From Gemmatimonadota bacterium (GTDB lineage: Bacteria > Gemmatimonadota > Gemmatimonadetes > Gemmatimonadales > GWC2-71-9), in contig JBDHDE010000013.1 of NCBI GenBank assembly GCA_039591655.1, positions 1 through 56,270 of the forward strand: a stretch of DNA of 56,270 nucleotides. The letters run 5' to 3'. A program made the position numbers and the translations under genes. A model generated the notes under the pieces. The model was not told the DNA's origin. It ran no database searches and worked only from the letters and a program-made list of their open reading frames with translations. Shown here piece after piece: positions 27,365 to 38,325 of this stretch (position 1 is the first letter of the stretch; every line of letters begins with the position of its first letter).

Positions 27365-29280
27365 CCCAACCGCGCGAAGCAGGCGCGTCCCTCCCCAGGG
27401 AGGCGGTGACCGAGCTGCGGCACGAGCTGCGCACGCCGGTCAACCACATCGTCGGGTACGCCGAGATGCTGCTCGAGGACCTCGGGCCGGACAGCGCGGA
27501 GCGCCGCAGCGCGCTGGAGGAGACCCTCGCCGCGGCTCGCGATGTGCTCTCGCTCATCTCCAACTCCCTTCCCACGACGCGCACCGAGGTCGACTCCGCC
27601 GAGGTGGCCGCCCTCTACGAGTCGCTGCGCGCGCCGCAACAGCGCATCATCGGCCTCCTCGCACCGCTGCTGGACCGCGGGACGGATGACGAAGAGTTCG
27701 CCGCCGATGTGCAACGGATCCTGAACGCGGCGGAGCGACTCGTGAGCGCCGAGCCGACCGCGGCCGCCGCTCCCAAGCCCGAGCCGGCCGCGGAGGCCGA
27801 TGACGGCGATGCGGCGGCGCGCATCCTGGTGGTCGACGACGTGGAGGACAACCGCGAGCTGCTCAAGCGCCGGCTCAAGCGCCAGGGGCACGCAGTGGAC
27901 TGCGCCAAAGACGGGCGTGTCGCGCTGGAGATGATCGGCGCGCAGGCCTACGATCTCGTACTGCTGGACGTCATGATGCCGGAGATCGACGGCTTCGAGG
28001 TGTTGGAGCGCCTCAAGGGGTCGCCGGCCACCCGGGACCTCCCGGTCATCATGATCTCCGCCATCGACGAGCTGGGCAGCATCGCCCGGTGCATCGAGCG
28101 CGGCGCCGAAGACTATCTGCCCAAACCGTTCGATCCCGTGCTGCTCCGGGCCCGGATCAACGCCTCCCTCGAGAAGAAGCGCCTGCGGGACTTGGAGCTG
28201 GAGTACCTCGACCAGGTGAAGCGCGTCATACAGGCAGCCACGGCCGTCGAGCAGGGGATCTACGATTCGGGCGTGCTGAAGATGGTGACCGACCGTGGAG
28301 ATGAGCTCGGACGGCTGGCGCGGGTGTTCGACCAGATGGCCGACGAGGTCCAGAACCGCGAAGAGCGGTTGCGCCGCCAGGTCGAAGACCTGAAGAGCGA
28401 GATCGACGCCGTGCGGCAGGCCCCCAGCAAGGGCAACGGCCCCCAGCTCGACTTCGCCAAGCTGCCGGAGGGTGAGCGCTTCGCGGGGCGCTACGAGGTC
28501 CTCGCGACCCTGGGCAACGGTGCCATGGGCGTCGTCTACCGGGCGCGAGACCTGGAGCTGGACGAGGACGTGGCGATCAAGACGCTCCGCCCCGACCTGG
28601 TCCGCGATCCCACTCACCTCGAGCGCTTCAAGACCGAGATCCGCCTGGCCCGTCGCATCTCCCACCGCAACGTCGTCCGCACCCACGACTTCGGCGAGTG
28701 CGCGGGGGTATACTACCTCACGATGGAGCACGTGGAAGGGATCACGGTGCGGGACATGATCGACTCCCGGGGACAGCTCGAGGTCTCCTCCACCCTCGCC
28801 ATCGCCAGCCAGCTGGCGACGGCCCTGGACGTGGCGCACGAGCAGGGGGTCATCCACCGCGACATCAAGCCCCAGAACATGCTGCTGGACGACGAGGGCA
28901 TCCTGAAGGTGATGGACTTCGGGGTAGCACGGCTGGCGGAGGGGACCAGCACGATCACCGAGACGGGGCTCGTGGTGGGGACGCCGGCCTACATGTCCCC
29001 GGAGCAACTCCTGTCCGACGAAATCGATTCTCGCAGCGACCTGTACGCGGTGGGCGTGGTACTCTACGAATGTCTCACCGGCGTCCTGCCCTTCGAGGCC
29101 CGATCGCCGGTATCACTCATCGCGAAGGTGCTGAACGAGGAGCCCTCCCCGCCCGCGACGCTCAACGCCGAAGTACCTCCGGCGCTGTCGGCACTGGTCC
29201 TCCAACTCCTGGGCAAGCGGCCCGAGGAGCGCCCCACCGGAGCACGGGAGCTGTCCGAGCGCCTGGCGCAGATCGGTTAG
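27361..29280 (+). CDS. HisKA-like phosphoacceptor + REC + HAMP-like + Hanks-type Ser/Thr kinase fusion
   Basis: HELRTPVNHIVGY with no HATPase; REC LLDVMMP; DELGRLARVFDQMA; kinase motifs LGNGAMGVVY, VAIK, HRDIKPQN, DFG, GTPAYMSPE. Confidence 0.9.
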   Translation: MTQPREAGASLPREAVTELRHELRTPVNHIVGYAEMLLEDLGPDSAERRSALEETLAAARDVLSLISNSLPTTRTEVDSAEVAALYESLRAPQQRIIGLLAPLLDRGTDDEEFAADVQRILNAAERLVSAEPTAAAAPKPEPAAEADDGDAAARILVVDDVEDNRELLKRRLKRQGHAVDCAKDGRVALEMIGAQAYDLVLLDVMMPEIDGFEVLERLKGSPATRDLPVIMISAIDELGSIARCIERGAEDYLPKPFDPVLLRARINASLEKKRLRDLELEYLDQVKRVIQAATAVEQGIYDSGVLKMVTDRGDELGRLARVFDQMADEVQNREERLRRQVEDLKSEIDAVRQAPSKGNGPQLDFAKLPEGERFAGRYEVLATLGNGAMGVVYRARDLELDEDVAIKTLRPDLVRDPTHLERFKTEIRLARRISHRNVVRTHDFGECAGVYYLTMEHVEGITVRDMIDSRGQLEVSSTLAIASQLATALDVAHEQGVIHRDIKPQNMLLDDEGILKVMDFGVARLAEGTSTITETGLVVGTPAYMSPEQLLSDEIDSRSDLYAVGVVLYECLTGVLPFEARSPVSLIAKVLNEEPSPPATLNAEVPPALSALVLQLLGKRPEERPTGARELSERLAQIG

Positions 29281-29394
29281 CTGGACCGAGCCTTTGACCT
29301 CCTGCATGTGCTGATTCCACGAGGCGGGCGGCAGGGCGGCGAATGACGCCACGGCGCCCGAGGGTGCCGGCGACAGCCGGCGCCTCGCGGTACC

Positions 29395-29655
29395 CTACTC
29401 CGCGGCTACCTTGAAGACCTGATCGTGCGGCCGGGTCCGGTCCACCACCTGGATGGCGATCTCGTCCCCCGTCTTCGCGCTCTCGACCTTCTTGTGCTCC
29501 ACCTCCATCGACGTCACCCGCTCAGTGAAGTCGGTGGTGTGCCCCACGAAGTGGATCTCGTCGCCAACGGCGATGGAGCCCTCGGTCACCTTGACCACAG
29601 CGACGCTCGGGCCCTTGAAGAAGTGCGTTACCATACCGACGAGTTGCTCTGCCAT
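29395..29655 (-). CDS. Small translation-factor-II-like beta-barrel protein (EF-Tu domain II / U32 peptidase C-terminal-like)
   Basis: ATG 29655 with AAGGGG RBS; VGMVTHFF..VAVV..VGDEIHFVGHTTDF..SME..AKTGDEIAI. Confidence 0.75.
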   Translation of the reverse strand: MAEQLVGMVTHFFKGPSVAVVKVTEGSIAVGDEIHFVGHTTDFTERVTSMEVEHKKVESAKTGDEIAIQVVDRTRPHDQVFKVAAE

Positions 29656-29856
29656 GTTCGCCCCCTTCGCACCGATCCTCGCGGGCCGCCCCGGGGCGCC
29701 CCGCTCCTCACGCCTGGTACTGCCTAATATCATTGCGGGACGGCCACCCGCCAGAGCCGCGGCGCCGCGTCCACGTTGAGGGCGGGACTGCCATTGTCCA
29801 GCCCGCCGGGGCATCTTTGGTGAGAGGTCACCGCATCAGGGAGAGAGGCAAGACGC

Positions 29857-30252
29857 ATGGCGATGGTCCTGTATCACCGCACGATGATTGGCGAGGCTCG
29901 CGGAATCGTGGAGCGCGGATTCCAGGATCAGGACTGGGACTTCGGGCTGAGGGACGCCCAGACCGGCGAGGAGGCCGTCGTCACCGGCGTGTGGCTCGCC
30001 GACCGGCCCCTGGGCTCGGCCGAGGGCATCGAGGGCGACGCCGTGGTGGAGGTGACCGTCGACCTGACGGAAGAGCAGCTGAAGCCCTTCGAGCTCGAGG
30101 GGATGTTGTGGGACGCTCGGCTGTGGGTCCCGGCCGCCGAGCTGCTGAACGCCCACGGGAAGGCCCGCATCTCGGGGGTCGACCCCCGGACCTCATGGTT
30201 CCACGAGGCCTGGGAGGAAGAGGAAGCCGATGGGGAGGACGAGGGAGGCTAG
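29857..30252 (+). CDS. Hypothetical acidic protein, possible ADP-ribosyltransferase-like fold
   Basis: GAGG RBS; LYHRT..ARGIVERGF..GVWLADRP pattern. The fold is inference. Confidence 0.55.
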   Translation: MAMVLYHRTMIGEARGIVERGFQDQDWDFGLRDAQTGEEAVVTGVWLADRPLGSAEGIEGDAVVEVTVDLTEEQLKPFELEGMLWDARLWVPAAELLNAHGKARISGVDPRTSWFHEAWEEEEADGEDEGG

Positions 30253-30262
30253 GGGAGAGGCC

Positions 30263-30544
30263 ATGAGCCTGGAGATCCACCACGACGAGAACGGAAGCCG
30301 CTTCGTCGCCACCGTGGACGGCCACGACGCCTACGTGGCATACATGCCGGTGGACGACCAGACCCTCGAGTACCTGCGGACCTATGTTCCCCAGGAACTC
30401 CGTGGCCAGGGCGTCGCCGGCAAGCTGGTGGCCCAGGCCCTGGATTATGCCCGGGAGCACGGCTATCGCGTGATCCCCACCTGCTCGTACGTGCGGGGCT
30501 ACATCGAGCGCAACCCGGAGTACCAGGACCTCACCACCACCTAG
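30263..30544 (+). CDS. Small GNAT-family acetyltransferase (YjdJ-like)
   Basis: TYVPQELRGQGVAGKLV; VIPTCSYV. Confidence 0.85.
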   Translation: MSLEIHHDENGSRFVATVDGHDAYVAYMPVDDQTLEYLRTYVPQELRGQGVAGKLVAQALDYAREHGYRVIPTCSYVRGYIERNPEYQDLTTT

Positions 30545-30559
30545 GGCCGCCGGCCCTCC

Positions 30560-30588
30560 TTGGCTAGCCACCAGCAACCGTTTAGTTT
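30560..30588 (+). promoter_or_regulatory. Candidate sigma70 promoter for the prs operon
   Basis: TTGGCT-17 nt-TAGTTT, ending 11 nt before ATG 30600. Confidence 0.45.
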
Positions 30589-30599
30589 TTGAGGCTCTT

Positions 30600-31553
30600 A
30601 TGGCCGAGATTTCCCTGACGAGCAGCAAGATGCTCCTCATGGCCGGGACGGCGAACGAGCCCCTGGCCGAGGAGATTGCGGAGCAGCTCAACCAGCCGCT
30701 CTGCCGGGTCACGCTCCGGCGCTTCGCCGACGGGGAGATCTGCGCCAAGATCGACGAGAACGTGCGGGGGCAGGACGTGTACATCGTCCAGCCCACCAAT
30801 CCGCCGGCGGAGAACCTGCTGGAGCTGTTGATCTTGACCGACGCGGCCAAGCGGGCGAGCGCGGCACGTGTGACGGCGGTGATCCCGTACTACGGGTACG
30901 CCCGGCAGGACCGGAAGGACCAGCCGCGGGTGGCCATCAGCGCCAAGCTAATGGCCAACCTGATCGCCACTGCCGGCGCCGACCGGGTGCTGGGGCTGGA
31001 CTTCCACCAACACCAGCTGCAGGGGTTCTTTGACATCCCGGTGGACCACCTGTACGCCGCGCCGGTGCTGGTGCAGCACTACCGGCAGAAGCGAATGCAC
31101 AACCTCGTGGTGGTGGCCCCGGACGCGGGAGCCGCCAAGATGGCCCGGGGGTTCGCGAAGCGGCTGGACGCATCGCTGGCGATCATCGACAAGCGGCGGC
31201 CCTCCGCCAACATCGCCGAAGTGGTCAACGTGGTGGGCGAGGTCGATGACCGGGACTGTCTCGTGGTGGACGACATGATCGACACCGCGGGGACCATGAC
31301 CGAGGGGGTGATGGCGCTGAAGCGGCTGGGTGCCCGGGACGTGTACTGTTGCGCCTCGCACGCGCTGCTGTCGGGACCGGCCGTCGACCGGTTCACGGCC
31401 TCCGAGGTCCGGGAGGTGGCCGTGACGAACACGGTCAACCTGCCGGAGGACCGCAGGTTCGATCGCTTGAAGGTACTGTCGATCGCCCCGCTGCTGGCGC
31501 AGGCGATCCGATTCACACATAGCGACCAGTCGGTCAGCTCGCTGTTCGACTGA
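30600..31553 (+). CDS. prs: Ribose-phosphate pyrophosphokinase
   Basis: FADGE, PYYGYARQDRK, VAPDAGA, VDDMIDTAGT. Confidence 0.97.
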   Translation: MAEISLTSSKMLLMAGTANEPLAEEIAEQLNQPLCRVTLRRFADGEICAKIDENVRGQDVYIVQPTNPPAENLLELLILTDAAKRASAARVTAVIPYYGYARQDRKDQPRVAISAKLMANLIATAGADRVLGLDFHQHQLQGFFDIPVDHLYAAPVLVQHYRQKRMHNLVVVAPDAGAAKMARGFAKRLDASLAIIDKRRPSANIAEVVNVVGEVDDRDCLVVDDMIDTAGTMTEGVMALKRLGARDVYCCASHALLSGPAVDRFTASEVREVAVTNTVNLPEDRRFDRLKVLSIAPLLAQAIRFTHSDQSVSSLFD

Positions 31554-31583
31554 CCGCGAGGCAAGAGAGGTAACGAGGGAACG

Positions 31584-32264
31584 ATGGCAGAGACTGTGAC
31601 ACTCGCGGCCGAACGCCGCACGGAGACCGGCACGGGTGCCGTTCGCAAGCTGCGCCGGGACGGGAAGATCCCCGCCGTGATCTACGGCCACGGGCGCAAG
31701 CCCCTGGCACTATCGGTCCCGCAGGCCGAGGCCGAGAAGATCCTGCACGACCTCGCGGGGGGTTCCACGCTGATCGAGTTGTCGGTGGACGGCACACCCA
31801 TCCGCACGCTGATCCGAGAGATCCAGCGGCACCCGACGCGTAGGACAGTTACCCACCTCGACTTTCTCGAGATCCACGCGGGAGAGAAGCTCACTCTAGC
31901 CGTGCCGCTCCATCTCGTGGGCTCCCCCGACGGGGTCCGCAACGCCGGCGGCGTGCTGGAGCAGTTCCTCCGGGAGCTGGAGATCGAGGTGCTGCCGCGC
32001 CACATCCCCGAGCGGGTGGAATTGGACGTGACCGAGGTCAAAGTGGGGCGCTCGCTCCACGTCTCGGATATCTCGGTCGAGAACGCCAAGGTGCTGACCG
32101 ATCCGGGGAGGACGGTCTGCGCCGTCGTGCCGCCGCGGGTCGAGGAAGTGCCGGTGCCCGAGGTCGTGGAGGAAGAGGAGGCCGCGGAGCCCGAGCTCAT
32201 CCGGAAGTCCAAGGCCGAGGAAGAAGCGGCAGCAGAACCCGAGGGCGAAGCCTCCGAGGAGTAG
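31584..32264 (+). CDS. rplY: 50S ribosomal protein bL25 (Ctc type)
   Basis: LRRDGKIPAVIYG, EIQRHP..HLDF, GVRNAGGVL, acidic tail; follows prs. Confidence 0.96.
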   Translation: MAETVTLAAERRTETGTGAVRKLRRDGKIPAVIYGHGRKPLALSVPQAEAEKILHDLAGGSTLIELSVDGTPIRTLIREIQRHPTRRTVTHLDFLEIHAGEKLTLAVPLHLVGSPDGVRNAGGVLEQFLRELEIEVLPRHIPERVELDVTEVKVGRSLHVSDISVENAKVLTDPGRTVCAVVPPRVEEVPVPEVVEEEEAAEPELIRKSKAEEEAAAEPEGEASEE

Positions 32265-32267
32265 CCC

Positions 32268-32845
32268 CTGCGCGCCATCGTCGCGCTCGGCAATCCCGGT
32301 CCGCGCTACGCGATCACGCGGCACAACGCCGGTTTTCTGCTGGCGGACGTATTGGCCGAGCAGTGGGAGCTCCCGAGGTTCCGCCGCTCCGGCAATGCCC
32401 TCGCCACCGAGGGCACCTGTGGCGACGAGCCGTTCGTCCTGCTCAAGCCGCAGACGTACATGAACCTGAGCGGCGACGCCGTGGGTCCGCTGCTCGCGTC
32501 GCCCGGGTTCGATCCCACCCACGATCTGCTGGTGCTGGTCGATGACCTGGCGCTACCGCTGGGCTCCCTCCGGCTGCGCGCCAAGGGGTCGGCCGGGGGT
32601 CACAACGGCCTGGAGAGCGTGGAGGCGGCGCTCGGCTCGCAGGACTACCCGCGGCTTCGCGTCGGGGTCGGGCCGCTGCCGGAGGATGTGGACGATCAGT
32701 CGGAGTTCGTAACGTCGAACTTCGAGCCGGAGGAGCTGACAACCCTGGCGGCTCTGCTGCCCTCACTGGTGGACGCAGTCGAGTGCTGGCTCACGGAGGG
32801 CATTGAAACCGCCATGAACCGATTCAACCGACGAGGATCCGAAGA

Positions 32846-32849
<4 letters not shown>
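32268..32849 (+). CDS. pth: Peptidyl-tRNA hydrolase (probable CTG start)
   Basis: The conserved N-terminus [23 protein letters not shown] lies upstream of the listed ORF start. [10 protein letters not shown] and GSAGGHNGL motifs. Confidence 0.95.
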
Positions 32850-34903
<2,054 letters not shown>

Positions 34904-35082
34904 GGCCACCTTGGGGTGGTGAAGCGAGCGGGAGTGGCCCGCTGGAGCGAACGTCAGTGTAGCGCATAGGGAAGGATGACCTTGAAATGAGGGAGACCGT
35001 TTTGCGAGTGACGCTGAGACCTCCGGGACGCCCGGCGAACTGCAGTTCGCGGAGGTGGGTCACACTCGCGAGCGACTGAGCA

Positions 35083-36186
35083 ATGCTGCGCCTCGGCATC
35101 ATCGGGCTTCCCAACGTCGGGAAGTCCACGCTCTTCAACGCGCTCACCAGCGCCGGCGCGGCGGCGAGCAACTACCCATTCTGCACGGTGGAGCCGAATG
35201 TGGGCGTGGTGCCCGTTCCCGACGACCGCGTCGAGCGGCTGGCGGCCACCATCGGTCAGGAGAACGTGGTCCACGCCACGGTGGAATTCTTCGACATCGC
35301 TGGACTGGTCGAGGGAGCCAGCAAGGGCGAGGGCCTCGGCAACCAGTTCCTGGGCCACATCCGCAACGTGGACGCCGTGGTCCACGTGGTGCGGTGCTTC
35401 GATGACCCGAACGTCGCCCACGTGATGGGCGCGTTGGACCCGGTGCGGGACCACGACGTGGTGACCACCGAGCTCGCCCTGGCCGATCTGGAAGTGGTGG
35501 AGCGCCGCAGAGAGCGGGTCCGCAAGCTGGCCCGCTCCGGCGACAAGGAGGCGCAGGCCGAGGAGGGCGTTCTGGACCGCGTGGTGGCCGTGCTGGATCA
35601 GGGCAAGGGCGCCCGGGACGCCGTGAGCGGCGACGACGACCGTCGCGCGTTGGCCGAGCTGGGCCTGCTCACCCTCAAGCCCGTGCTCTACGCCGCGAAC
35701 GTAGCCGAGGACGACCTCGCCGCCGAGCGGGTGCCGGCGGTGGAGGCGCTGCGCGATGCGGTGCGCGGCCACCACGAGGAAGCCGAGGTGGTGACATTCT
35801 CCGCCGAGTTCGAGGCGGAACTGGCGGAACTGGAGCCCGCCGAGCGCGGCGAGTTCCTGGCCAGCGCGGGAATCGGCGAGCCGGGGCTCGAGCGGCTGAT
35901 CCGGATTGGCTATCGGCTCCTCGACCTCCTCACCTTCTTCACGGTGGTGGGCGACAAGGAGGTGCACGCCTGGACGGTGCGATCCGGCGCCACAGCGCAC
36001 GAGGCCGCCGGGGTGATCCACACGGATTTCCAGCGCGGCTTCATCAGGGCGGAGGCCATCGACGTCGAGCAGTTCATCGAGGCTGGGTCGTACCGTGCGG
36101 CGCGGGAGCAGGCCCTGCTCCGCAGTGAGGGACAGGACTACGTGGTGCGGGACGGCGACGTGCTGCTGTTCCGGTTCAACGTGTGA
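35083..36186 (+). CDS. ychF: Redox-regulated ATPase YchF
   Basis: GLPNVGKST, NYPFCTVEPN, DIAGLV, GEGLGNQFL, TGS domain AAGVIHTDF. Confidence 0.97.
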   Translation: MLRLGIIGLPNVGKSTLFNALTSAGAAASNYPFCTVEPNVGVVPVPDDRVERLAATIGQENVVHATVEFFDIAGLVEGASKGEGLGNQFLGHIRNVDAVVHVVRCFDDPNVAHVMGALDPVRDHDVVTTELALADLEVVERRRERVRKLARSGDKEAQAEEGVLDRVVAVLDQGKGARDAVSGDDDRRALAELGLLTLKPVLYAANVAEDDLAAERVPAVEALRDAVRGHHEEAEVVTFSAEFEAELAELEPAERGEFLASAGIGEPGLERLIRIGYRLLDLLTFFTVVGDKEVHAWTVRSGATAHEAAGVIHTDFQRGFIRAEAIDVEQFIEAGSYRAAREQALLRSEGQDYVVRDGDVLLFRFNV

Positions 36187-36246
36187 GGCTGTCTCCGATC
36201 CGAAGCCCCCTTCCGTTCGGCGACCGCCCTGGCTACCTTGTGGCCG

Positions 36247-36304
36247 CCATATCACCTACTCCGCCCAGCACCGGGCGGGGTCGCACAGCCCAAAGGATGG
36301 TGCC
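36247..36304 (+). promoter_or_regulatory. Candidate rpsF (S6:S18-binding) leader RNA
   Basis: Hairpin CTCCGCCC/GGGCGGGG (36259-36280), then CCC and an SD (AAGGATGGTG) that can pair with upstream CCAT..CACCT. Position matches the known autoregulatory leader. Confidence 0.45.
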
Positions 36305-36691
36305 ATGATCCGTCAGTACGAGCTGGTCTACATCTTCGATAGCGCGCTGGAAGAGCCGCAGGTCAACGAGCGGCTCGAGCGCTTCCACGCACTCCTCAAG
36401 AGCCCGGAATCGCCGGACCCCGTGACCTCCATGAGTCACTGGGGCAAGCGCACGCTCGCCTACCCCGTCAAGGGCAAGGAGGTCGGCTACTACGTCGTCG
36501 TGCAGCTCGACACGCAGCCGGAGCTGCTGGGCGAGCTCGAGCGGGCCATCAAGCTGGACGAAGCCGTGCTCCGCCACCTCATCGTGCTGAACGAGGGCCT
36601 CACGCCCGTGGGCACCGAGGCCGGGGAGACGGCCGAGGCGGCCGAGGCGGCCGCCGGCAGCGCCAGCAAGGGCGAGGAGAAGGAAGGATGA
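36305..36691 (+). CDS. rpsF: 30S ribosomal protein bS6
   Basis: [29 protein letters not shown]. Confidence 0.96.
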   Translation: MIRQYELVYIFDSALEEPQVNERLERFHALLKSPESPDPVTSMSHWGKRTLAYPVKGKEVGYYVVVQLDTQPELLGELERAIKLDEAVLRHLIVLNEGLTPVGTEAGETAEAAEAAAGSASKGEEKEG

Positions 36692-36909
36692 GGCGCCCCC
36701 GCAAGAGCTGCTCGGTCTGCGAGTCGGGCGTCCGGGTCCTGGATTACAAGGACGAGCGCACGCTCTCCCGTTTCCTCACCGACCGAGGCAAGATCATCCC
36801 CAGCCGCCTCTCCGGGATGTGCGCGCGGCACCAGCGGCAGCTGGCCCGCGCCATCAAGCGGGCGCGGCACCTGGCCCTGCTGCCGTTCATTCGGGGCCAT
36901 ACCCGCTAG
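36688..36909 (+). CDS. rpsR: 30S ribosomal protein bS18 (zinc-binding form)
   Basis: [35 protein letters not shown]. Confidence 0.97.
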   Translation: MRRPRKSCSVCESGVRVLDYKDERTLSRFLTDRGKIIPSRLSGMCARHQRQLARAIKRARHLALLPFIRGHTR

Positions 36910-36912
36910 GCG

Positions 36913-37878
36913 ATGACCCCGTCCGAGCATGCTCCCACGGGCGGGCTCGGGCGATTGGTGTGGGCCACTGTCGCGCTGGTGCTCGTGGCGCCGCTGGCGG
37001 TTGTGGCGCTGCCCCTCGCCATGCTCCTGGGTGTCACCGGTCCGCGCTCTCGCGGGGAGGCGGTCACCGCCGGCCTCGCCGGCGGGTTCAGCCTATGGTG
37101 GCTGCTCGGCGCGGGGGAGTTCCCCGATCAGCTGGTTCGGGCCGCCGCCCTGCTGTGCGCCACCGCGTTCGTCGTTCTCACCACCCGCACGCGCCTGTCC
37201 GTCATCCACCGAGCCCTGGCGGCCACAACCACGGCGGCGGTGGCGGTCGCGGGCCTGGTGCTCACGCTCGGCTCATCGTGGGGGGAGCTGCGTTGGTGGG
37301 TGGCGCAGCGGACCGGACTGGCGGCCCGGGCGGTCGTCGGCATGCTGTGGTCTCGGGTGCCGCCCCCCGGGGTGGGAGAGTCGGCACCGACCATGCTGAC
37401 GCAGCTCGAGGCCGCGCTGACTGCCGTGGTGCGCCTTACCGCTGACCTCTTCCCGGCGATCACGCTGCTGCAGCTCCTCGCCGGGCTTGCGCTGGCCACG
37501 GCCATCTATCAGCGGGTGGCCCGGCGCCCCCTGGGCCGCCCCATTGGGAGCTTCCGTGATTTCCGCTTCACGGAACACCTGGGCTGGGCCTTGGCGGTGC
37601 CCCTCGTGGTGGTAGTGGTGCCGAAGCTGGTCGTCCTCAAGACGGTGGCGGCGAACGCACTCGTCGTGACGGGCGCCCTCTATGCTCTAAGGGGGGCCGC
37701 CGTGCTCGCAACCGGGATTCATTTGGTCGGAGCTGGCGGGTTCTTCCTCTGGGGCTTCCTGGCGGTGATCTTCTTATTGATGTTGCCTCTCGTGGTCGGC
37801 GGTGCCATTCTGTTGGGCGTGCTGGACGGGGGCCTGGACCTGAGACGGCGGTGGAGCAGACCGCGAGCGAGTCAGTAG
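36913..37878 (+). CDS. DUF2232/YybS-like membrane protein
   Basis: Multi-TM; C-terminal LGVLDGGLDLRRR; conserved position between rpsR and rplI. Confidence 0.75.
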   Translation: MTPSEHAPTGGLGRLVWATVALVLVAPLAVVALPLAMLLGVTGPRSRGEAVTAGLAGGFSLWWLLGAGEFPDQLVRAAALLCATAFVVLTTRTRLSVIHRALAATTTAAVAVAGLVLTLGSSWGELRWWVAQRTGLAARAVVGMLWSRVPPPGVGESAPTMLTQLEAALTAVVRLTADLFPAITLLQLLAGLALATAIYQRVARRPLGRPIGSFRDFRFTEHLGWALAVPLVVVVVPKLVVLKTVAANALVVTGALYALRGAAVLATGIHLVGAGGFFLWGFLAVIFLLMLPLVVGGAILLGVLDGGLDLRRRWSRPRASQ

Positions 37879-38325
37879 ATGGAAGTCATTCTGCGACAGA
37901 CAATTGCGAACGTGGGCAACGCCGGTGAGGTGGTGAAGGTCAAGGATGGCTACGCGCGCAATTACCTGATCCCCCGCGGTCTCGCCTACCAGGCCACCGA
38001 GACCAACCGGCGGCGGGCCGAGTCAGAGGCCGCGCGGCGGGCCGGGAGAACCGCTGCCGAGCGGGGCGACGCAGAGGCCCTGGCTATCCGGCTCGACGAG
38101 GCTGAGCTACACTTCACGGCGAAGGCCGGCGAGGGCGACAAGCTCTTCGGCTCCATCACCTCGGCCGACATCGCCGAGCAGCTCGGGGAGATGGGATACA
38201 CCGTGGACAAGCGGCTCATCGAGCTCGAGGACCCGATCAAGATGATCGGCGTGTATCAGGTGCCCGTGCGCCTCCATCCCGAGGTCCGAACTGCACTGCG
38301 GGTCTGGGTCGTAAAGGACGAGTGA
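37879..38325 (+). CDS. rplI: 50S ribosomal protein bL9
   Basis: MEVILR..VKVKDGYARNYLIPRGLA; KLFGSIT; VRLHPEV. Confidence 0.97.
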   Translation: MEVILRQTIANVGNAGEVVKVKDGYARNYLIPRGLAYQATETNRRRAESEAARRAGRTAAERGDAEALAIRLDEAELHFTAKAGEGDKLFGSITSADIAEQLGEMGYTVDKRLIELEDPIKMIGVYQVPVRLHPEVRTALRVWVVKDE

